64,000 nucleotides of DNA from Octopus bimaculoides (lineage: Eukaryota), in the NCBI RefSeq assembly GCF_001194135.2, contig NC_068992.1, positions 4,390,216-4,454,215 of the forward strand. Reading direction: 5' to 3'. Positions within the stretch are counted from its first letter, which is position 1, and every line of letters begins with the position of its first letter. The notes beneath the pieces were generated by a model, which saw nothing but the letters and a program-made list of their open reading frames with translations, was not told the DNA's origin and did not search any database. The translations under genes were made by a program, and so were the position numbers. This document shows, one piece after another, positions 50,457-62,375 of this stretch.

Positions 50457-51673
50457 CAGGGGTTGGATAAAATAATGGAATCACCTAGCATCATAATTTT
50501 GAAATATCTATAAAACCGTCAAAAGCTTGTTTGTTTTTAGGTCTTTGAATTATTATTAGTGCTGCTTNNNNNNNNNNNNNNNNNNNNNNNNNNNNNNNNN
50601 NNNNNNNNNNNNNNNNNNNNNNNNNNNNNNNNNNNNNNNNNNNNNNNNNNNNNNNNNNNNNNNNNNNNNNNNNNNNNNNNNNNNNAAACAACCGAAACGT
50701 TTGGTGTATCAAGAAGTACTGTCTCGAAAGTAAAGACAGCCTTTGAGAAAGAAGAAAAAAACATCCTTGTCGAAACAAAACTCCAGAAGAAAGCCATAAC
50801 TTTCAGATAGTTGGACTCTTACACTCATAAAAGTACAGCTCCAAAAATTACTGCAGAGCTTAATGACCACTTCGAGAACCCAATTTCAGGAAAAACTGTT
50901 CGCCGGGACCTGCACAAAGCCGGATTTCACTGGAGGGCTGCAATCAGAAAACCACTACTTTCAAAAGAAAATGTTGCAAAGCGTTTAGAGTGGAGCAAAA
51001 ACCTACAGAATCGGTCGCTAGAGGAGTGGAAGAATGCTATTTTGTCGGACGAGTCGTTCTTTACCTTACTTCCGACCACCAGCCGAGTTTACGTGTGAAG
51101 AATGTCAGAAGAAGCATTTGATCCAGATTGCCTTCTTCCAACTGTTAAACACGGAGGAGGATCTGTGATGGTCTGGCCGTAGGGGTGGGGTATATCTTGG
51201 AATTTCCAATGGTTTTCCTTCATAGCAGAATTAATAGTCAGGACTGTTTAAGCATTTTATCTGATCCTATGGTTGCGGAACTGTTTCTGGAGAGAAACGC
51301 ATTCTTTCAGGATGATAATGCACCAATTCGCATAGCTGAAGTTGTTACTGAATGGCACGAGGATCATTCTAGTGAAGTGGAACATTTTATCCGGCCACCA
51401 GAGTACCCAGATCTCAATATTATTGAACATTTATGGTGCATTTAAAAAAAATACAAGTAAGGAGTCGATATCCTCCACTATCATCACTACAAGAACTAGA
51501 GACTGTTGTTGCTGGAGTATGGACAAAAAAATCTTTTGGAAACAATTGAAACTTTGTACGAGTCCATACCTCGGAGAATTGACGCTGTAATTTCTGCCAA
51601 AGGTGGTTCTACCCCATTATAAATAAATTTGTTTGAAATTATAAGGTGGTTCCATTATTTTGTCCAACCCCTG
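50457..51673 (+). mobile_element. TIR-complete Tc1-like DNA transposon with inactivated transposase
   Basis: 30-bp TIRs 50457-50486 and 51644-51673 (2 mismatches), with TA on both flanks. Pieces GVSRSTVS, TVRRDLHKAGF..AAIRKPLLS, LSDES, HGGGSVMVW, FQDDNAP, PDLNIIEHLW; frameshifts and stops; gap 50568-50685. Confidence 0.95.
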
Positions 51674-52744
51674 TATATATATAACCAATGAACGGTGACC
51701 TTTTATATAATTTGTTGTAATTTCTCATATCTAGTAACAGAAAGATTATAATATATATGGGGGATGGTATAGGACCTTGTGACGGGTTTAAACTTTCTTC
51801 CAAACAGTTTATTAACTGATTCTCTATTACTACGACACACTAGGCAATGCTGTAGATCTCTTTATAATTCGTACAGCCTTGCGGAATACAGGTATTGCTG
51901 TCATTATTTTTCATATGTCCTCCCCTCAAAATGAGCTTTAAAGTCATCGATGTTCATTAATGTCATCACTTGATGTTCCTGTTTCGTTTGTTTTAACGAT
52001 CGGGTTACTATAAAAATGTATTCAACTTTGCTTTATTAAAATGTAAGAACAATATGAAGCACTCCCATCTAAACATTTTCATTATGTTTAGAGAATTTTA
52101 TTACATAACAATTTTTGCGTATTTGTAAAAGAAAATCTTCCTACCATTTTTTTTTGTTGCGTTTTTAACTTTCGTTGATTTTATATAGTATAGCTACCAA
52201 GTTATGTATAATGTCTTTTGGAAACGTTTCTGTTTTCCATCCTTTTTTTTTATTATTTACCAAACTAGCCATCGGGACTCCTGATATTGAATCTCGATAG
52301 CGTACAATTTCATTAGTAAAACCATTGTTCTAACATTGAAATTACTCATCTGTGTTTATAGGTGCGTTACGTCAGTTATTGACCTGTTCGTTTTTATCTC
52401 TTACCCTCCATTACACAATCTGTCTTGAAAATTTTTATGACCAATATTTTTCTCGCTGTTAGCTTGAAGTAGCTATGTTTTCTCTTCATATTTCTCGGAC
52501 TTTGTTCAAATACTTGTTAATCGTTTGACTATTTAACATCTCTATTCCCACTCTACTCATATGCACACAGAGCGTAGGCCCCCGATTCCGCTTGTGGAGA
52601 CCTGTGGCTGACAAATACGCCTATTTTGTTCGTTGTTTCTTTGAGATTCCCAAATATTTCATCTATGTCATCTATTTCGCGCTATACCATACGTACAAAG
52701 CTGATATCTATCTTTATCCCAAACCCTTCTTATTTCATTGTTTC

Positions 52745-52969
52745 ATTATTGCCCACAAGGGGCTAAACATAGAGGGGACAGACAAGGACAGACAACGGGA
52801 TTAAGTCGATTACATCGACCTCAGTGTGTAACTGGTACTTAATTTATCGACCCCGAAAGGATGAAAGGCAAAGTCGACCTCGGCGGAATTTGAACTCAGA
52901 ACGTAACGGCAGACGAAATACCGCTAAGCATTTCGCCCGGCGTGCTAACGTTTCTGCCAGCTCGCCGCC
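52745..52969 (-). mobile_element. Young SINE family A copy with alternative 3' tail
   Basis: Near-consensus head and core (ggcggcgagctggcagaaacgttagcacgccgggcgaaatgcttagcgg on minus); tail ...cccctctatgtttagccccttgtgggcaataa. Confidence 0.92.
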
Positions 52970-54638
52970 CATTTTACGTGTTTTAAGGGGAGCTATCCTA
53001 ACGGTATAGGAACACCCAGTGTAACGGCCACCAGATAGATTTTAAGAGGATCTTCAGAGGATCCTAACCAATCAGACAGGGTGGGAGACCCACTTGACCG
53101 CCAACAGCACCGGGAAGGTAAGTGAACCCACCTTTTTCTTTTCCTTAATTCCTGGCTAACATGGTGGTTCTTAAAGTAGGTTGTATAAATATAGGTGATC
53201 AGGGATTATCCTGGAAGCAAGATCGCTTGCGTAATGACTTCTTGTGGCTAAATTTCGATGAAATACAACTACAGAACAATGGTACATTGCCATGACTTAC
53301 ATAAATCCAGCCTTTGTGGCATTCAGTCTGGATATACAATAGTAAAGGATAAACTTCATAACAGCAACAAGCGGAGCAGCTCACTGTGGAGCGTGTTGAT
53401 GGGCCAGCTGTAGTGTGTGTGTGTGCGTGTGTGTGTGTGAGTGTGTATTTGTAAATAGATTGTCATTGATATATAAGAGTAGAAAGGTTTTATGCAATAT
53501 ATGTTTAAATGTGGGTTTGTACATGATAATGTATATATGTGAACATATGTATATAGATATGCGCATTGATATAGTAATGGAAACAAGAAATATATGATGG
53601 TTGCAATATATTTCGTAACAGCTAATGTAATCGGAGAAACACGCAACGATCATCGCAATCGGTTTCCAACTGTTTGGTGAGACTGAATCGATAATCATTA
53701 AAATTACATTTATAGATGAGTAGACCTGAGAGAACCAACAATTCTATCTCTTCATCTCGACACAGAAAATGAATATATATATATATATATATATANNNNN
53801 NNNNNNNNNNNNNNNNNNNNNNNNNNNNNNNNNNNNNNNNNNNNNNNNNNNNNNNNNNNNNNNNNNNNNNNNNNNNNNNNNNNNNNNNNNNNNNNNNNNN
53901 NNNNNNNNNNNNNNNNNNNNNNNNNNNNNNNNNNNNNNNNNNNNNNNNNNNNNNNNNNNNNNNNNNNNNNNNNNNNNNNNNNNNNNNNNNNNNNNNNNNN
54001 NNNNNNNNNNNNNNNNNNNNNNNNNNNNNNNNNNNNNNNNNNNNNNNNNNNNNNNNNNNNNNNNNNNNNNNNNNNNNNNNNNNNNNNNNNNNNNNNNNNN
54101 NNNNNNNNNNNNNNNNNNNNNNNNNNNNNNNNNNNNNNNNNNNNNNNNNNNNNNNNNNNNNNNNNNNNNNNNNNNNNNNNNNNNNNNNNNNNNNNNNNNN
54201 NNNNNNNNNNNNNNNNNNNNNNNNNNNNNNNNNNNNNNNNNNNNNNNNNNNNNNNNNNNNNNNNNNNNNNNNNNNNNNNNNNNNNNNNNNNNNNNNNNNN
54301 NNNNNNNNNNNNNNNNNNNNNNNNNNNNNNNNNNNNNNNNNNNNNNNNNNNNNNNNNNNNNNNNNNNNNNNNNNNNNNNNNNNNNNNNNNNNNNNNNNNN
54401 NNNNNNNNNNNNNNNNNNNNNNNNNNNNNNNNNNNNNNNNNNNNNNNNNNNNNNNNNNNNNNNNNNNNNNNNNNNNNNNNNNNNNNNNNNNNNNNNNNNN
54501 NNNNNNNNNNNNNNNNNNNNNNNNNNNNNNNNNNNNNNNNNNNNNNNNNNNNNNNNNNNNNNNNNNNNNNNNNNNNNNNNNNNNNNNNNNNNNNNNNNNN
54601 NNNNNNNNNNNNNNNNNNNNNNNNNNNNNNNNNNNNNN

Positions 54639-54676
<38 letters not shown>

Positions 54677-54945
54677 GTGTGTGTATATATATATATGTAT
54701 ACCATCACACACACATATATACGTATGTATATACATATACATACACATGCGTTTGTATATTTATAAATATACATGTATACACACCACATGCACATATGTA
54801 ACCATACGTATGCACATAGATACGCACACATATATATATATACATACATACCTACATACATATATACACACACACGCACACAGACACACGCACACACACA
54901 CACACAGACACACAGACACATATATATATATATATATCTTTAGCT
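54639..54945. repeat. Compound (CA)n/(TA)n low-complexity tract
   Basis: Directly visible. Confidence 0.9.
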
Positions 54946-55689
54946 ATATATGTACAGATACATTAAATAACTATACATGTGTGCAATGTATGCACATTAA
55001 AACAAATTTATGTACATAAGTAAAAGAACAGAGGAAGTTTTTATCAGCTGGAATCTACCTAGGAAGCTGATTAAAGACGAGTGAATAAAAAGACAGACGT
55101 AGAGGAGTGAGAGTGGTGTGTGGGGGGAGAGAAAAAAAGAGAGAGAGACGGAGATAAAGATAGAGAAAGATATATAAAGAGAAAAGCTGTGAGAGAAGGG
55201 GAAACGTAGCAAAGAGAAAGTGATAGAGACCTAAATAATTATATAGAAAAACGCAAGTATATATATAAAAAAAAGAACAACAACTTAAATAACAACTTAG
55301 ATTAAATCATCACTGTTCATAATCAGCTTTTCAATAAGTTGCACACGTGAGAACAACAAGAAAAGCAAGAATAACAACAACAATATAAATAATGCCAAAT
55401 AAATATATATATATAAATAAGAGAAAATGAGAAATCACACCACAGCATGATCATGGCGCGTCTCTTTGGTTTTTTTTTGTTTTTTGCAGATATTGGCTAT
55501 TGTTTGCTAGCGTTCTTTTCGTGTTTGTTGTTGTTGTTGTTGTTGTTGATGATGATGGTGATGTTTTTAGAAGCTGCAACATTAAATTCCTCATAAACAT
55601 TGCTCTCTTTCAGCAGTATTCTCGCAGATTGTTGATTAGCTGACTTTACAGAGAATGGAGGAGGAATATCACACGTAGAAGCAAAAGTA

Positions 55690-56114
55690 TATATGCATAC
55701 ACACGCACACAGACACACAAAGACACACATTACATATCTACGTACAAATACACACGCATGCAGATGCACGTATATATATATATATATATATGTATGTATA
55801 TATATATATATATACCTATATGTATGTATTTGCATGTGTGTATCTGCATATGTGTGTCAGTGTATGTTTCTCTACACAAATTTATTTATATCTATATAAA
55901 TATAGAACAAAATATTACAATATAATTGATAATAGTTATATGTATACATACATGCATGTATACATGTATGTATATATGTATGTACGTATGCGAGTCTTTG
56001 TGCGTGTATATATACATATGTACACACATATATACATATATATATGTATATATATATATGTATACACGCGCACACACATTCATATATATGTATATGTGTG
56101 TGTATAGATATATG

Positions 56115-56204
<90 letters not shown>

Positions 56205-56230
56205 GTGAGAGAGAGGGGGGAGAGTGACGG
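55690..56230. repeat. Compound (TA)/(TG)/(GA)n tract
   Basis: Directly visible. Confidence 0.9.
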
Positions 56231-56738
56231 GGAGAAAGAGATAAAGTAGAAGTAGAATTGTATGTACCCAGATAAACAGGCTGGTATTGTGTTGGGTGGT
56301 TCTGGAGTACGACGTAATTAAAATACTGAGTACAGTTTTAAAATGTCTTAGAAATTCTTTTTGTAATTTTGAAAGATATTTCAATATCAATTATAAACTT
56401 GCGTTTCTGATATGAATGATTTCTTTATTTACGGAAGCAGAATGTTTAATCTTGGGCTCTCTGAATCTGTGTGAGCAATGAGTTGTCTTAATGCCTCGTC
56501 GGTTCAGCTTTACTGAATAACCATAGCTAGAATTTCCCTGTCCAGGTTTTGTTTTCTACCAGACCAGCAGTTGCTTTCTTCCCTTCTCCAATGCTACCCA
56601 TGAGAAAAGATTTGATGGAGTTCGGCATCTTTGATATCGTAGACGAAGTTAGATCGTATAGAATTGCATGCTATTTTGTGCAACGATCTAAAATTTTCAC
56701 CAATCTCTCAACTTGGGTTGCAACTGTATTTTACTCAC

Positions 56739-56747
56739 CATGTAAGG
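56739..56747 (-). other. Candidate 9-nt microexon CCTTACATG
   Basis: Minus strand gatgcataactttgtctttcag|CCTTACATG|gtgagtaaaa; splice signals only, no transcript evidence. Confidence 0.35.
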
Positions 56748-57359
56748 CTGAAAGACAAAGTTATGCATCGTAATGTATTCTGTTTGACGGTCTAACAGTT
56801 GTATCAGTCCACCGCTCTAATGCTGTGTTAGTATATTATGGACCAAATAAAGTTGAAAGGAGATTAACGTCAACTGGATTTGAACACGTTAGAGGATAGG
56901 ATACCACAAGGAAATTTCTCCTAATTATTTGCTAATCTACTGTGTATTTTATGGTAGACTTAACAGCAAAATATCGACTTTTCATTGTCGGTGTGTTGGG
57001 CTCGTTTTCACATAAGCTTCTGTGAAAAGATATTTGACAAACACGCCCGCACGTGTGCTCGCACATACGCACACACACAAACACACAGATAAATACATAC
57101 AAATATACATATATATATATACACACACACATACTCGCGCACATATGTATATATGTATGTGTTATGTAACTGATAACGGGGACGGTATCATGTATATCAT
57201 TATTTTGGTTCTTGGCTGTATTAGTGAACGTGTATTTGATATGCACGAAAAAAAACTGCTTTTAAAGGTTAAGAAACTGACCAGCTACGAACTTTTCCAT
57301 TACAGGCTGTAAGCAAATAAAGATATCCATGGATACACGCATACACACACATACCCGCA

Positions 57360-57510
<151 letters not shown>

Positions 57511-57934
57511 TTAAAAAAGTACCATCGTTGATATTCTAATTCTGACTATGAAGAAGCTTTACTTGTGAAAAACCAGCTAAAGGGTGGATTCGAATAAGGA
57601 ATTTAAGGAAAAAAAAAAACATCATTGGTATTTACATATATACACACATATATACATGCATATATGATTTTATGCATACAAGTAAATAAATATATTCATA
57701 GAATGAAACTACCGTACACAGACTTATTTATCCATTATTTACAAAGGAAAACATTGCCAAAAGGAACAGTTCTTTTGTAACAACAAATAGAATTTGAAAA
57801 GAGAAGAGAATCCGGTGAAATCAATGATAATCTTCAATGCGAAAATTCGTTCGCTAAATATCCACATTTGCTGAAATGTATATTCTTTTGGGAATACACA
57901 TGTCTTGGGAGGTCAAGTGTACTCACATTTATAA

Positions 57935-58130
57935 CAAATGCCAGGATTTACTGGAAAGTTTCTGTCCTTGGCTAAAAGAAAATACAGGAGGATCAGGTAA
58001 TTGTGATTTTATTCAGCATATTCCCCTCTCAAATTCACACACTTATTGCAACGATCCTTCAGTTTTTCTAAGCCCTGTAAAAGAATGCAGAATATTGGGG
58101 CCCCAAACAGTCTTCGTGATTTCCTTAAAG
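57935..58130 (-). mobile_element. Mariner transposase C-terminal remnant with probable 3' TIR
   Basis: 58074-58009 translates GLEKLKDRCNKCVNLRGEYAE* (compare GI.KL..RW.KC....G.Y.E). Confidence 0.7.
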
Positions 58131-58157
58131 CTAGAAAATGTTCAGCACCTCTTCATT

Positions 58158-58222
58158 TCAGTGATATTTATGGTGACAACTCAATGATATTTTTGGTGAG
58201 ATTTCAATGATATTTATGATGG
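58158..58222. repeat. 23-bp minisatellite, about 2.8 units
   Basis: tcagtgatatttatggtgacaac / tcaatgatatttttggtgagatt / tcaatgatatttatgatgg. Confidence 0.85.
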
Positions 58223-60314
58223 CATTGAACATATATGACTGATTAAAGTGTGGTAAAATAAACAAATATGTGGGAAGTGAATAGTGAAGGAGAATAAGCA
58301 GTTGGGTATGATGTTTTTAAAAAAAATAAGTGGCTGGTGATCAAATGGACGGTGGAAAAGAGAACATTGATGAGATATAAATTTTAGAAGTAGTCGGAAA
58401 CCCTAGTCAATGAAAGACTCTATACGTGGCAAGTTGTTCTGCTAGACATAGTTACGAAATCTCTCTAAAAGCAATTACATTCTAAATAGGGTCCTAGATT
58501 TTATGAAGCAATGCTAATGGATAAGATGCCTTTGCATAGATATCAAACTTGGTAATAAACTACAGTCTCCATCTGTCAACTAATGATAATTCTGATGCCT
58601 ATACTTTTTTTGAAATCTTTTACTCAATGGTGAGATAATGTAATATTGTTCTGTCAGATTATTCGACCCGAGCGGGAAGCATTGTCTTCAGTTTTTGTCC
58701 ACTACCACTTACTCATACGTCGAGCATGTCTTTGAAAATTAAATTTAAATGTGAGGCACTGCTTTTCTCATAAATTATCTGATTATAGATGTGAATAATT
58801 TCAGCTGTTCTTAATGAATATATAGATCTAAGAGAATTCGTCGGAAATTATCAACTAGTCACTTGCTTAAATGATTCTAGAAGTCACAAGTGTCCTCCGC
58901 TTTAATTTTCACGACTATCTCTGTGGTTCGTATTTTATCGGCCTCGGAATTATGAAAATAATGTTGATATTGGTAATATTTGAATCCAGAATGTGAATAG
59001 TTATAACTGAATATCTCAAGATATTTTGTTCGTCGATCTAACCATTATTCCAATACATTCCATTGCTAAGTTGCACTACTTTATAACCACCATATTAAAT
59101 CCTCTGCATTTCATGTTAAATTTCGTAACAAATCTAAAATTTCTTCTGTCGCTTAGCAGATAATCTATTATCTATGCATTCATTGTCTACAGTTATTATA
59201 TAGCACGTGACAAAGATCAAGTATAATCTGAAATCTTATGGGAAAGCCTTTTGCTGAAGATTGCTTATAGTGACAGCAAATTTCAATTTATGAAATGTAG
59301 ATGTCCTATTATGCATGCATTTTGGCTCGCCGTTGCTAAAATTCTAGACCTATGATAAATTTCATATTGAGAACTGGATGAATTGCTTGAATTGTTCGGA
59401 AAATTATTTCCCAAATGTTCCATGATATTGATATCGTCAGTTACAGTCAGAAATGATGGAATATTTCTATCCAATTCTAATCATTTTAGAAGCTCAGGTC
59501 AAACCATAGCTTTGTATTATGATTTCGTACATTTTTATATTGTTGGCGAATGGCTCATATTTAGTTGTAGCGCATTCGTTTTTAACTTTTGAACTGTATT
59601 TCTCGAAGTCATGAAAGAAACGAAACGCTGCTTCATTTACAATTTCTTACTACTTGCTCGCAAGTATTAAAGGCGGAATTACGCAGTGTAATAGCACCTA
59701 GTAACTTACATTATTAAGAATATTTCCCATCTCAAAATTGCTGAAATAAAACCAAGTCTTAATGGCATCTATATTTGACTGTCTTGCTTTCAAAATGTTA
59801 ATAATTGAGCAAATGCCGTAGGGATTTTATGAATATCGTTGGTGTTCCTGCTGTTATTGTTGTTGTAGTTGTTGTTGTATAGAACTTGTTTAGCACTAGT
59901 CAAGACGACCTATGATCAAAACTGTTCTAACAGTGGCCAACACGCATATTATTCGAACCTATTGAATCTAATACTAGAGAAGAGTATTGATCTTATTTAG
60001 GTAAAAGTAAATTATCGAAAATGTCAAAACCTTTACTTCAACAGTGTCAGACAAAATATGAAGTATATTTGCAGTCGCTATTGTCATCAGTTCACATCCC
60101 ACGTACAAGCTCGTTTATTTGAATGTAAGCATAGTTTTTTTTTTTAATGTTTTCAAATATACTCTATATGCTGACCCGAAATTTGAAATTATTCATATGA
60201 TAACATATTTTTGTACGGAATTAGGACCTTCAAACAAAGCATTGCGGCGGCCTGGGTAATCGGTAAAACTACTTGTCCATAAATGAACTATTCATGTATA
60301 ATTACATATCAAGA

Positions 60315-60442
<128 letters not shown>

Positions 60443-61765
60443 TTGACTATTGAAAAGGTTGCAAGACGCAAGGAAAATGTTAGGAAAATAAAAAAATAAG
60501 GAATAAGTGGAAATTTTACCGGTGAGTGTGTTAAATTATAAGGCACAAAAAGAAAATGACTCTCCCCAGACACAACAGAATATGCTTCAACACACGAACT
60601 CACATAAAGAATTTTGCAAACTAAATCCTAAAAAATATATATATATGTGTTTGTACATTTACCTATGCCTAGTGGATAATCGATTTTGATTTCATTAACT
60701 GACAAAGAAGTTTTCTAAAAATGCTTTATTTGTTTCGGTAACATTCTGCAAATATCCACAACAGGTCGTCTTAGAACAAATACTGAGTCACACGCAGAGG
60801 AAATCTTACTCGCTAAACTCCAGTCTTACATTATGTTAATCATTCTGATGTTTTCTCACGCTACGTAGAGATATCGAAGAAGCAGAAATTGGTCGTCTGC
60901 ATTTTCATTTCGATAATCAATGTTCGTTTCTTAAAGCACTGATTGGTTTTACTGCTCCAATTTATAAAACATGGTTTATTGCTATTTATCAACTACAATC
61001 TTCGAAGTTTGATTTCTTCTCATTGCTAGTAAATCTGTGAATAGATTATGGCACTAGATAGACATTGGGGTTAAGCCAAGGTTGTTCACTTTTAAACATT
61101 CCAAATTACTTTCACGTTTGTATATTTTTCTAGATATCTCTGCCAATGTCTATCGCTAAGATAATTGCTTATAGATCTTCAGTTTGCTCAGCTATATTTT
61201 TCTTGACAATATACTCGCTGAATAAACAGACATTCAATATTAAATATAATAGCCTCGCTTTTGAAATTCAAAATAACAACGCTTAAGATGGTATATATGT
61301 GTCAGAAAGTATCGCCTACTTTATAATGAGTTGCATTTCTATGCAAAACGTGAACTATTGGAACATTGACCAAAGGAATATCAGGATGCTTTTGAGTGGA
61401 GGAAATTTAAATGATAAACTGGTGAGACAACTCGGTAACTTTTCCATTCTCATAGATACTATTCTATACATGTACATTTGTGTATATATATATATATATA
61501 TNNNNNNNNNNNNNNNNNNNNNNNNNNNNNNNNNNNNNNNNNNNNNNNNNNNNNNNNNNNNNNNNNNNNNNNNNNNNNNNNNNNNNNNNNNNNNNNNNNN
61601 NNNNNNNNNNNNNNNNNNNNNNNNNNNNNNNNNNNNNNNNNNNNNNNNNNNNNNNNNNNNNNNNNNNNNNNNNNNNNNNNNNNNNNNNNNNNNNNNNNNN
61701 NNNNNNNNNNNNNNNNNNNNNNNNNNNNNNNNNNNNNNNNNNNNNNNNNNNNNNNNTATATGTAT

Positions 61766-61839
61766 ATGTATACGAGAGGTACTGGTATCTAGAAGACCCA
61801 AAATGTATACGAGAGGTACTGGTATCTAGAAGACCCAAA
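61766..61839. repeat. Perfect 37-bp tandem duplication
   Basis: atgtatacgagaggtactggtatctagaagacccaaa occurs twice (61766-61802, 61803-61839). Confidence 0.95.
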
Positions 61840-62262
61840 AGTAAGTGCTAGGGACAGACCGTAGTTAAACTCTTGGTTTGATAACGATACGAGTGATAGG
61901 TCTAATGAATTAAAATTTCTCCAACACATTTCTCCACAACAATAACCAATGAAAACTAATTACCACCCCACACAAACTTACACATCCGAGGAAGATTTTG
62001 ACTCAACAGAGACTACATGAAGAAAAAGTAACTCTAATGTACTACAGTCGGACGATGGCTTGACTGGCAACAACAGATATATCTTTATATAACTTATTTC
62101 TACTTTCATACTCTTATTTTCCCTATATTCCCTATCTCGTCCTTTTTAATAATAATTCGAATAGAAATACTTTCCCACACCGTCTCTGATGGAGGGATAT
62201 CCCTAATATCCCCCAAACAGCTTTTTCTATTCATCTATCTATATATGTGTGTGTGTGGAAGT

Positions 62263-62375
62263 GAGGGCTTCCAGACAGTTTCTGTTGTACCAAATTCACT
62301 TAGAAGTCATTGTTCGGCCTGGAGGCTATCATAGAAGATAGTTTCCTGAGATGTAATACAGCGGACCGAACGCGT
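62263..62375 (-). mobile_element. Diverged SINE family B fragment
   Basis: cagtttctgttgtaccaaattcactt...cggcctggaggctatcatagaagat. Confidence 0.6.

Noticed and set aside
53301-53407. Minus-strand 107-nt exon candidate with one open frame (GPSTRSTVSCSACCC...)
   Set aside because: The acceptor is preceded by (CA)n rather than a pyrimidine tract, and the region looks like a decayed element on the opposite strand.
57545-59300. Other partial hammerhead-like strings (57545-57590, 58660-58692 minus, 59273-59300; also 45553-45580)
   Set aside because: Each lacks GAAA or a stem I/II; expected by chance or too decayed to call.
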